Positions 46,820 to 55,262 of a stretch of DNA of 64,000 bases are shown piece after piece (positions within the stretch are counted from its first letter, which is position 1; the number at the start of each line of letters is the position of its first letter). The position numbers and the translations under genes are program-made. The stretch spans positions 32,001-96,000 of the forward strand of contig JAWXAY010000033.1 of the NCBI GenBank assembly GCA_034439715.1, in the 5' to 3' direction. Source of the DNA: Pseudomonadota bacterium. Lineage in GTDB: Bacteria; Bdellovibrionota; Bdellovibrionia; Bdellovibrionales; SG-bin7. Under the pieces are notes generated by a model. The model was given only the letters and a program-made list of their open reading frames with translations, made no database searches and had not been told where the DNA came from.

Positions 46820-47563
46820 ATGTTAGAAGGTATCAAGGAATTTATTAAGATATTAGACGATGGCGGAGTAACATCGTACCTCATAGTTTTGATGGGAGTA
46901 CTCGCACTAGGCATTATGTTAGAACGAGTTCGCGCTCTCTATTTTACCTATGCAATTAACGCCCAAGAGTTTATGACTCATGTAAAGGCGTTAGTTCAAA
47001 ACGATCAATTAGAAGAAGCAATTACACATTGCTCGGGCAAAGAAGAAATCCCTCTTGTGGCGGTAGTAAAAAGAATCTTAGAACGATCTGATCGTGACGA
47101 TGAGTCAATTGAAAAGGGCCAAGAAATCGCCATTGCCGAAGTTATGCCTCAGATTGGAAAAAGGCTTGGTTATCTCTCGATGATTGCCAACGTCTCCACA
47201 CTTTTAGGTTTGTTGGGAACGATTCAAGGAATGATTATGGCTTTCTCCGCTGTCTCAGCAGCTGATCCCACCCAAAAACAAAGAATTCTTTCCGAAGGTA
47301 TTTCGATGGCCATGTATACAACCGCCTTCGGACTGTGCGTGGCTATTCCCGTGATGGTGGTCTACTCATTCTTGTTTGCAAAACAGAACAGACACTTTGA
47401 AGAAATCATTGAGAATTCTTCAAAAGTTGTGGACTGGCTTTCGACGAGACACTATCAGCCCTTCCACATTAATAATGTATTTCCGGCGAAAGCTGCACCT
47501 CAAGACAAAAATGGCAAAGGCGGACCGGCAGTACCTCCTTCTACAAAACAGAAAGTGGCATAA
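46820..47563 (+). CDS. aglR: MotA/TolQ/ExbB proton-channel protein (AglR-like)
   Basis: LERV, ANVSTLLGLLGTIQGMI.AF and GIS.AM.TTAFGL.VAIP motifs, in gliding-operon context. Confidence 0.85.
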   Translation: MLEGIKEFIKILDDGGVTSYLIVLMGVLALGIMLERVRALYFTYAINAQEFMTHVKALVQNDQLEEAITHCSGKEEIPLVAVVKRILERSDRDDESIEKGQEIAIAEVMPQIGKRLGYLSMIANVSTLLGLLGTIQGMIMAFSAVSAADPTQKQRILSEGISMAMYTTAFGLCVAIPVMVVYSFLFAKQNRHFEEIIENSSKVVDWLSTRHYQPFHINNVFPAKAAPQDKNGKGGPAVPPSTKQKVA

Positions 47564-47572
47564 GGAAAAACA

Positions 47573-48121
47573 ATGGCAAAGAACCTAAGTCTCTTTAAAG
47601 CTGAGGAAGAATCGATAGAACTCGATATGGCACCATTGTTGTCACTTATCGTGTCATTGATTCCGATTCTCATCTTTACAGTAGTAATGGTAAAAGTGGG
47701 GGTTGTTGAAACACAGCTGCCACAAGTCGTCAACGACGCGATAGAGCTGGAGCGTAAAAACCCAACCCCCGAAGTTTCTATCATGGCTTCTGTTCTTGCT
47801 GGCAAGGGAATTGAACTTGAAATTATACATAATGGTCAGAGTGAGAAAAGGTCAATCCCACTGATCGACAATGAATTCGATTACGACGGTTTCCATAAGG
47901 AATTGGTGAGAGCTAAGGAACAATACCCTCAAACATTCCGTTTAGATTTAAGACCGGATCTAGCAACTCCTTATAACAAGATTATTAAAATAATGGACGC
48001 AGCCAGAAAAACTAAAGTAGGCGAGCGTAAAATTTTTGTAATCGATAAAGGTACTAACCAAAAGGTAGAAACTGACATTATGTTTGTTGACATATTTTTT
48101 GGCAATGTGATGGAAGGCTAA
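47573..48121 (+). CDS. ExbD/TolR-family protein (AglQ-like)
   Basis: ELDMAPLLSLIVSLIP TM segment and PDLATPYNKIIKIMDAAR. Confidence 0.8.
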   Translation: MAKNLSLFKAEEESIELDMAPLLSLIVSLIPILIFTVVMVKVGVVETQLPQVVNDAIELERKNPTPEVSIMASVLAGKGIELEIIHNGQSEKRSIPLIDNEFDYDGFHKELVRAKEQYPQTFRLDLRPDLATPYNKIIKIMDAARKTKVGERKIFVIDKGTNQKVETDIMFVDIFFGNVMEG

Positions 48122-48125
48122 AGAA

Positions 48126-48638
48126 ATGCGTATTGTAGAGAAGATGAAAAAAATTAATCGCAAAGCTACATTCACGGTGCAGATCACATCGATGGTAGAT
48201 ATGATGACAATCTTATTGGTATTTTTGCTCAATCAACAGAGTGCCAGTTCGGTGCAAGTATCAGTCACAGATGGCCTTGTGCTGCCAATCTCAAGTACCG
48301 CCAACAACCCCATAGAAGCTCTCAAAGTAGTTGTCACCGCAGCGGGAATATTTGTAAACGACAAAAGGGTTTCAGAAATCATCGACGGAAAGATTGTGGA
48401 TTCTAGCTTTGACGCCAAAGATAAAATGTTTATTCCCGCCCTTTATGAAGAACTCGATAAAGAGGCTGAGAATTCTCGAAGAATAGCATCCATAAACGAG
48501 ACTCTAGATTTCGACGGCACTTTAGTTTTACAGGCTGACTCAAGACTTAAATATGAAGTGCTTAAAAAAGTAATGTACACGGCCACATCAGCAGGCTACG
48601 CCAATATTAAGATGGCCGCTGTTGCGGTAGGAGATTAA
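48126..48638 (+). CDS. ExbD/TolR-family protein (AglS-like)
   Basis: ITSMVDMMTILLVFLL, LP.S and LQAD..L.Y..LKKVMYTA..AGY motifs. Confidence 0.85.
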   Translation: MRIVEKMKKINRKATFTVQITSMVDMMTILLVFLLNQQSASSVQVSVTDGLVLPISSTANNPIEALKVVVTAAGIFVNDKRVSEIIDGKIVDSSFDAKDKMFIPALYEELDKEAENSRRIASINETLDFDGTLVLQADSRLKYEVLKKVMYTATSAGYANIKMAAVAVGD

Positions 48639-48641
48639 AAA

Positions 48642-51608
48642 GTGAAATCGTTTGTAGTGACCTTCGTAATAGTAACTCTGTTCTCTGGCGCACAGGTGCT
48701 TGGGAACCAAAACGTTCTTGATAATCTTCGCATTGATCCTAACGACGAAACGGGCAATGAGGTTCGCGCTTTGAAGACCGAAATACTTGTTAAACAAACG
48801 GAGCAAAAGGCAATGGCCGAACTAACAAAGCTCCTTAAAAAATACCGCGGTACTCAGATGGAGGCTGAACTTTTGTTTAGACAAGCTGAACTCTATATGA
48901 GGCAAGCCAAAACTGATCGATTCTTTGAGTTACAGAAAACAAACGACAAAATGAAAAGACTTGCCCCCCGTTTAGTAGAAAAAGCCTCAGAAAAAAATGC
49001 GGTGACAAAAGCAATTGCCATCTACGATAGCATTGAGGGTCGATTTAGAAACTTTAGGAGCCTCGATCTTGTGTTATTTAATAACGGCTTTGCCAACCAG
49101 AGCATTAAAAACTTTAGCAAGGCAAAAGCGCTCTACACGAGACTATTAGATCGCTATCCCGATTCATTTGTACTTCCTGATGCCTATCTGTCGATGGGCG
49201 AAATGTTTTTTCAAGAAAAGAATTTTTCTAAAGCACTTCAATTTTTCTTGAAGATTAAAAAGTTTCCTGAGGCCAGGGCCTATCCTTACGGTTTGTATAA
49301 AATTGCTTGGACTCACTATAATTTGAATGACGCCACCTCGGGACTTAAAGAACTAGGAAGCCTCGTGAATTTTGGTAGGTCTGTAAAGGAGAAAGGCTTA
49401 GACTCTCGACTAGATCTAAGAAAAGAAGCTCTTGAAGATATGGCATTATTTTTTGAGGATGTCTTTCCAGCTAGTCATGCCTACGATTTCTTTAAAACTC
49501 CAGCTCAAGATTTTGGCGTCGGCGCTGTACTTATGAGACTTACGGAGCTTTACAAATCTCATAGTCGCAACAAAGATGCGGTAGTTGTACTTCATGATTT
49601 GGTGGAGCGCTCTCCTCGGTCTTCTTACTTACCGGTAGCATATAATGAACTCGCCTGGATATTTGAGACTCTGCATGATCGTAAGTCCTCGGTCGTAGAA
49701 CTTTCAAAATTTCACGATATTTGTAAAGAAGGAAGCCGCTGGCAAAAATCTCAAAGAGGAAATGAGCTTGAGGATGAATTTAAGGGATTTAGCGTATCCG
49801 CTGAGCTCAATTGCCAGGAGCTATTTGATGATACCAGTTTGAGACTAGCTTCAAAGTGGCACCGCATGTGGAAGAAGCAGCCTCAGTTTATCGATATTGC
49901 GCAGTCAGCAGAGGCCGCCTACCGACTATACTTAGAATTACCGAGGGACACTAAAGAGGTTAGCCAGGCCAGATTTAACTTTGCAGAGCTTTTGTTCCAA
50001 AATAAAAAATATCGTGAGGCGAGCGAGAACTATGCTCAAGTGGGACAGTCTGAAAAAGACCTGTCGTTAAGGCATGATGCTGGTTATGCGGCCCTCGTAA
50101 GCTTAGAAAAAGCGGTCGGCGAAAAATGGCAGGCAGAAGATATTGTAACTTTTGTGAGATTAGCCAGCAGTTATTTTAAAGGAAATCCTCAAGGTAAATT
50201 CCTACTAGAAGTTAAATTTAAACTAGGATTTTTGTCCTACGAGGCGAAAGATTTTGTTAAAGCCAAAGAGGTCTTTAAAGTTGTGGGAAGCCAAGATAAA
50301 AATAGGGACCTTGCGAGCAAATCTCAGGATCTAATGATGGACATTCTCAACAAAGAGAAGAGTTATACGGAGTTGAAAAACTACGCAAAAAATCTTAAAG
50401 GGTCTGGTGGAAATAAAGAGCGCAACCAAAAATTGACAAAAATTTATGAGGAGTCATTCTTTGCCGAGATACAAGGTATAGAAGACAAACAAGATTACCC
50501 AAAAGCCATAGCCGAATATCTTTCGTTCTCGAAAGACAACCCGACGTCTCTTTTGACTAGCAAGGCTTGGTGGAACGCCATACAACTATACTATAGAATT
50601 GAAAGGTATTTGGAAGCCGCACAAGAAGGTCGAAGATTTGCTATTGCTTATCCTGAGGACAATGGAAATCTTGAGATACTGTTAAAATCGGCTCAGTCTT
50701 TTGAGAAAATAGGGCGATCGACCGACGCTGCTCAAGTACTCATTCAATTGGCGAAGCGAGATACCAAGCAGACTAAAAAATGGGAGCTCTTAGCAGCTGA
50801 TCTTTTTTCTGTAAGTCCCAACAAGGACGAGGCTAGAAAGCTTTACCAAAAATATGCGAAACTGCCCAATGGCAGCGTGGACGCTAATATTTTGGCCAAG
50901 TGGCAACTTCTAGAAGAAAACATTAATGACAAAGAGAGCCTGAAAAAGGTCTATCAACTTGTGTTTGCGGCAGGAATCCAACCCCAAATGAGTGTTATTC
51001 AAATTAAAGAATTAGATTTATTGATGGCTAGCAAAATGTATAAAGAAGCCTTTGATTTGGCAAAAAGGATTTTGGGAAATAGCGAATCAACTAACTATGC
51101 TAAAGCAAAAGCGCGATTTTGTCAGGGTAGGATACTAGAGGACGAATTCGACAATCAAAGTCTAAAGTCAAAGATCGAGCGAATCGCCATCGTATTGAGT
51201 CTTAAGACGCAGCGCTTAGAAAAAGTTCAGAGCGCGTACGAAAGTTCCATGAAGTATGGAGTCGGAGAGATTAGCGTTAAAGCCATGAAACGTCTGGGTT
51301 CAAGTTATCTCAATTATTCGCGCGCACTACGAAATATTGACCTTCCGCTCGATCCTACTCAGGCCGCAGATGTTGAAGTACTTCGTGGTGAGCTTGAAAA
51401 ACTAGCGGCTCCTATGGAACAAAAAGGATTTGGTATTCTGATGGAGGCTCTAGCTCTGGCTCACAAGTTCGAGGGTGGTGGTGAGTATATTAGCGAAATT
51501 GAATCTGCGATAAATCAAAATCAGACAAAAAAATGGGTCCCCAAATTCAAAGTAATTATTGAACAGCCAGAGATCATGGTGCCAAAAGTGAAGGCGGTAT
51601 CAACATGA
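48642..51608 (+). CDS. Large periplasmic TPR protein (GltD/AgmU-like)
   Basis: Signal peptide and many TPR-like repeats (LLFRQAELY, DAYLSMGEMFF, YGLYKIAWTHYNL); operon context. Confidence 0.8.
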   Translation: MKSFVVTFVIVTLFSGAQVLGNQNVLDNLRIDPNDETGNEVRALKTEILVKQTEQKAMAELTKLLKKYRGTQMEAELLFRQAELYMRQAKTDRFFELQKTNDKMKRLAPRLVEKASEKNAVTKAIAIYDSIEGRFRNFRSLDLVLFNNGFANQSIKNFSKAKALYTRLLDRYPDSFVLPDAYLSMGEMFFQEKNFSKALQFFLKIKKFPEARAYPYGLYKIAWTHYNLNDATSGLKELGSLVNFGRSVKEKGLDSRLDLRKEALEDMALFFEDVFPASHAYDFFKTPAQDFGVGAVLMRLTELYKSHSRNKDAVVVLHDLVERSPRSSYLPVAYNELAWIFETLHDRKSSVVELSKFHDICKEGSRWQKSQRGNELEDEFKGFSVSAELNCQELFDDTSLRLASKWHRMWKKQPQFIDIAQSAEAAYRLYLELPRDTKEVSQARFNFAELLFQNKKYREASENYAQVGQSEKDLSLRHDAGYAALVSLEKAVGEKWQAEDIVTFVRLASSYFKGNPQGKFLLEVKFKLGFLSYEAKDFVKAKEVFKVVGSQDKNRDLASKSQDLMMDILNKEKSYTELKNYAKNLKGSGGNKERNQKLTKIYEESFFAEIQGIEDKQDYPKAIAEYLSFSKDNPTSLLTSKAWWNAIQLYYRIERYLEAAQEGRRFAIAYPEDNGNLEILLKSAQSFEKIGRSTDAAQVLIQLAKRDTKQTKKWELLAADLFSVSPNKDEARKLYQKYAKLPNGSVDANILAKWQLLEENINDKESLKKVYQLVFAAGIQPQMSVIQIKELDLLMASKMYKEAFDLAKRILGNSESTNYAKAKARFCQGRILEDEFDNQSLKSKIERIAIVLSLKTQRLEKVQSAYESSMKYGVGEISVKAMKRLGSSYLNYSRALRNIDLPLDPTQAADVEVLRGELEKLAAPMEQKGFGILMEALALAHKFEGGGEYISEIESAINQNQTKKWVPKFKVIIEQPEIMVPKVKAVST

Positions 51609-52504
51609 GATATTTAGCAATAGTCGCAAGTTTAGTAATTTTGGGATGTACCAGTTCTCAAGTTATTACCCAAGCAAATTCAGAAAAATTGGTCAATGAC
51701 GTTGAGTTCAGCACTTTGCCCGCAGCCAACACCGGTAAGTGTCCCGACAGAATCGTTGAAGACACTCTTAAATTTTGGAAATCAGCAGTCATTTTAGCGA
51801 ACAATTGTGTTGTCGCCAAAAACTGGAATCAGGTCGAGAGCGTTGGCCACAAAATGAGTGAAAACTTTCCGCATTCTCCCTGGGGATTTTACTATTTAAG
51901 TGTAGTGGCTGAACATCAAAATGATTCGAGCCGAGCTCTATGGCTTTTAGAGAAGGCTCAGGAATTAGATAAATCCATTGCTTTAATTCCTTACCAAAAG
52001 GGACGTGTTTTACTAAGGATCGCTGATCATGAAAATGCACGGAAAGAGTTTGCAAGAGCACTAAGCCTTGATGACAAGTTGCCAGATGCCTATCTTTACT
52101 TGGGCCAATTTGCCTTACGTGACCAAAACTACAAATTGGCCGACAAGTATTTTCAAGGTACGCTCAAGTACCAGGCTTTCAATCGTGAAGCTCTTTTTGG
52201 ATCGGCCCAATGCAAGGTGCAGATGGGCGACGCTAAAATGGCACTAGATTATGCCGAGAGAATTATTAGTTCCAACAAAAAAGATGTTGAAGTGAGATTA
52301 TTCAAGGCTTTCGTTTTAGAAAGCTATTTACAAAATCTTGATGAGGCTCTGGCTGAATATCGACACATTTACGCTATGAGTTTAAGTCAAAGAAAAGTGA
52401 TCATTGGTGACGAGGAGCTTAGTAATAAAATTAAGAGCATTGAGGTATTGTTGAAAAACAAAAAACAAAATGTCGCTCGTCACGTGTCAGGAGTGAAAAA
52501 ATGA
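51605..52504 (+). CDS. TPR lipoprotein (GltE/AglT-like)
   Basis: Lipobox ILGC and TPR repeats; coupled to the upstream gene. Confidence 0.75.
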   Translation: MRYLAIVASLVILGCTSSQVITQANSEKLVNDVEFSTLPAANTGKCPDRIVEDTLKFWKSAVILANNCVVAKNWNQVESVGHKMSENFPHSPWGFYYLSVVAEHQNDSSRALWLLEKAQELDKSIALIPYQKGRVLLRIADHENARKEFARALSLDDKLPDAYLYLGQFALRDQNYKLADKYFQGTLKYQAFNREALFGSAQCKVQMGDAKMALDYAERIISSNKKDVEVRLFKAFVLESYLQNLDEALAEYRHIYAMSLSQRKVIIGDEELSNKIKSIEVLLKNKKQNVARHVSGVKK

Positions 52505-52749
52505 AAAAATTATTATTATCCATTTTGGTTTTAGGGCTGATGATTTCACTGCCGACTGTTGCTCAAGAGCGGACCGCTGGTAAGAATGTTCAGAAAGTCG
52601 ATTTTTCAGAAACTGACATCAACGGCAAGGTTCGAAGCCCTGATGGCTCTTACTTGGTGCAAAAAAAGGGAATCGATTTTGATCCATTATATAAAGTTAA
52701 AAAGAAGCTCAACGATAATGTTAAAGAATCTCTAGAATACGTTCATTGA
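52501..52749 (+). CDS. Small secreted protein (GltF/CglF-like)
   Basis: Signal peptide and VDFSETDINGKVRSPDG; lies between the TPR and FHA/TonB-C genes. Confidence 0.7.
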   Translation: MKKLLLSILVLGLMISLPTVAQERTAGKNVQKVDFSETDINGKVRSPDGSYLVQKKGIDFDPLYKVKKKLNDNVKESLEYVH

Positions 52750-52784
52750 TACGTTCATTGATACGTTTGCTGATGCGTTTATTG
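52737..52784 (+). repeat. Four degenerate 12-bp tandem repeats (ATACGTTCATTG)
   Basis: ATACGTTCATTG, ATACGTTCATTG, ATACGTTTGCTG, ATGCGTTTATTG. Confidence 0.9.
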
Positions 52785-52793
52785 GGGTAATTT

Positions 52794-54368
52794 ATGAAAA
52801 AAACGGAACTGTGTTTAGAATTAAAGCGAGAAAAGCGTTTTCTTAAATTTCGACAATTGCGTCCGGGTACTCGATTTTTTACCTTAGGGTCAGCGCGGGA
52901 TGCGGACCTACGCCTACTGGGAAATGACGTTAGCGGAATTCACGCAGTAATCGAATACAAAAAAGACGCTTGGTACATTTATGATCTCGGCGGTCCCGGC
53001 GGCACTTTTATCGGTAAAGAAAAAATTCTTGAACACAAGCTCGAAAAACCAGTCGAAGTTCGAATTGGTGCACACACTTTAAATCTATTTAACAGAGAAG
53101 TTAATAAAGAGCTTTTTCAGAAGGAAATACGTGACATCAATACGGCCCATGTCAATGAAAGTAGCCGCTTAGGTCACCAAATTGTCGTGCGCCTAAAGGG
53201 CCATGTCATTGAGTCTCACATGTTGAATGCACATGAGTCGTATCACTTTCAATATGGAATAAGAAAGTGGGTGCTAAATCCACCAAAAACAAAACAATGG
53301 GTCTGGCAAGAGTTTGATAATCTTACGGTGCAGCAACGCCTAATAGGAATGAGTGACAAGAGTTATTCAGAAAAAATGTCGCCAGCACATTTAATTCCAG
53401 TGGAATTAAGGAAGCCTTTGATCGCAGCGGTTTTTACTTTCGCATTGGCAGTGTTGTTGATGACCATCCCTTACATTGGTCAAGACAAAAAGACCGTCAT
53501 GCCTGAGGTTAACGCTTATACTGCGATGATCTATGACGCAAAAGTAGTAAAGAAAAAGATTGAAAAATCTGACAGGGCCGTGGCCAATATTCTTAATCGT
53601 GGAAAGCCAAAGGGGCCTCAGCCTGATTCAACAGCCAAGGTTGAGGTGCTCTCAACCAATGCCAGCGAACTTCAGACTAACAAAACAAGCTTTGATGCCG
53701 CGCCGGCCTCGGGTGCAAAAATAGCCAGTCAAAAAGCTATACAACAAATCCGAGCCACGGGTTTGACAGCTCTGGTGGGGCGACTTTCAAAAAGAGTTAC
53801 TGCAAACAGTGCTAACCTTATCCGAGTTGAAAATAACAGTAACAGTGATGTCAGAGGCGGAATGCCGTCTATTCGAGATATCGCTAGTATCGGCGCCAAA
53901 TTAAATAAAGCAGCACGAACTGGAAGTGGCGGCCCGGGCACACAAAGATTGGCTGGTATAGGCACAATTGGTTCCGGCGGCGCCAATTCTTACCGCGAGC
54001 TTGGCAATTTGACTGCAGGATCTGTGGGTACGGCTGAAGTTGGTCTACTTTCAGAAGAGGCTGACATTCAGGGCGGACTCGACCGAGAAGTTATCGCTCA
54101 GTACATTCAGGGACAGATCGGTCACATTCGCTATTGTTACGAAAGGCAACTCAGTGCCAACCCTGAGCTTTACGGTAAAATTAAAATACAGTTTATGATT
54201 GGTGGCGGCGGTAAAGTTGTCCATCAAAAAGTAAGTTCAACAACACTTAACAACGCAATAGTCGAAGGATGTATTCTGAAGCGCGTAGCTGGCTGGGAGT
54301 TCCCTACCCCAAAGGGTGGATCGACCGTGCTAGTTTCGTATCCGTTCTTGTTTAAGAGTACTAATTAG
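52794..54368 (+). CDS. FHA + TM + Gly-rich linker + TonB-C/AgmX-PglI C-terminal domain protein (GltG-like)
   Basis: FHA motifs (LGSARDADLRL, VSGIHA, DLG..GT), a central TM, and GGLDREVI...IRYCYERQL...CI....WEFP.PKGG..V.VSYPF. Confidence 0.85.
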   Translation: MKKTELCLELKREKRFLKFRQLRPGTRFFTLGSARDADLRLLGNDVSGIHAVIEYKKDAWYIYDLGGPGGTFIGKEKILEHKLEKPVEVRIGAHTLNLFNREVNKELFQKEIRDINTAHVNESSRLGHQIVVRLKGHVIESHMLNAHESYHFQYGIRKWVLNPPKTKQWVWQEFDNLTVQQRLIGMSDKSYSEKMSPAHLIPVELRKPLIAAVFTFALAVLLMTIPYIGQDKKTVMPEVNAYTAMIYDAKVVKKKIEKSDRAVANILNRGKPKGPQPDSTAKVEVLSTNASELQTNKTSFDAAPASGAKIASQKAIQQIRATGLTALVGRLSKRVTANSANLIRVENNSNSDVRGGMPSIRDIASIGAKLNKAARTGSGGPGTQRLAGIGTIGSGGANSYRELGNLTAGSVGTAEVGLLSEEADIQGGLDREVIAQYIQGQIGHIRYCYERQLSANPELYGKIKIQFMIGGGGKVVHQKVSSTTLNNAIVEGCILKRVAGWEFPTPKGGSTVLVSYPFLFKSTN

Positions 54369-54420
54369 AATCTCTTAATATTGACGGGTTCGATAATTTA
54401 TTAGGCCGAGGAGGCTTATT

Positions 54421-55251
54421 ATGGGACGTCAGAATGCTACTTATAGTATTATTTTATTGTTCGTCACGTTAGTGATTTCACCGCTAACCATGGCACAGTC
54501 TAACCAGTATAAGAAAAAAACACCTGCAAAAGGCAGCGTGCCAGCACCAGTGCAAAAACCAGGGCAGGGTGCGGCTCCGGGGCCAAGTTCTGGCGAAAAA
54601 GTTGATATCACTGAGCTTGAAGAAAACTACTGGAGTTCTAAAGATACCGATTTTAGCGTGGTCCAAAATCGTACCTATACCAAAGAAAAACGAGTCGCCT
54701 TAACTGCGCAGCTAGGTAAGCCCACAAATGATAGTTATAACTCGGGCTCTGTCTATAATTTGGGTTTAAATTATTATTTTAATGAAAGAACTGGTGTGGG
54801 TTTAGAGTATAATAGTTTTGAATTAGACAATAGTAAATTGGTTAATTATTTTAAAAACTCTTACGGCCTTCAGCCCGACAGAACACGCCAAAAGTCGTTT
54901 ACTGGACTTTTTTATAACTGGGTACCCATTTATGCTAAGGTCAGTCTTTTAAGTAAAAAAATTCTATATTTTGATTTATCTATTTCGCCGGGAATCGGAG
55001 TGACGGAGTATGAGCAGTTTGTTGTCGATGGCAACCAATCAGACTCTGCTTTATCCTACTGTTTGGATATCACTCAACACTTCTTTTTATCAAAAAATAT
55101 TGCTCTAAGGTTCGATTTTAAGAATCGTTGGCAAAAAGAGAAAATAAAAGAATACGATGCGGCCGGCATAGGAACTGTTAACGGCTCTGTAGTAAGCAAT
55201 GACTTGGTTCAATCTACCTATTTAATGTTTGGCTTAACGTACTTTTTTTAA
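54421..55251 (+). CDS. Outer-membrane beta-barrel protein (GltA/GltB/GltH-like)
   Basis: Signal peptide, VVQNR.YTK, WVPIYAK.SL...ILYFD and C-terminal LTYFF. Confidence 0.8.
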   Translation: MGRQNATYSIILLFVTLVISPLTMAQSNQYKKKTPAKGSVPAPVQKPGQGAAPGPSSGEKVDITELEENYWSSKDTDFSVVQNRTYTKEKRVALTAQLGKPTNDSYNSGSVYNLGLNYYFNERTGVGLEYNSFELDNSKLVNYFKNSYGLQPDRTRQKSFTGLFYNWVPIYAKVSLLSKKILYFDLSISPGIGVTEYEQFVVDGNQSDSALSYCLDITQHFFLSKNIALRFDFKNRWQKEKIKEYDAAGIGTVNGSVVSNDLVQSTYLMFGLTYFF

Positions 55252-55262
55252 GAGGTTAATGT

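Noticed and set aside
52737..52784. CRISPR-like array
   Set aside because: Units are 12 bp with no spacers, and there are no cas genes in the window.
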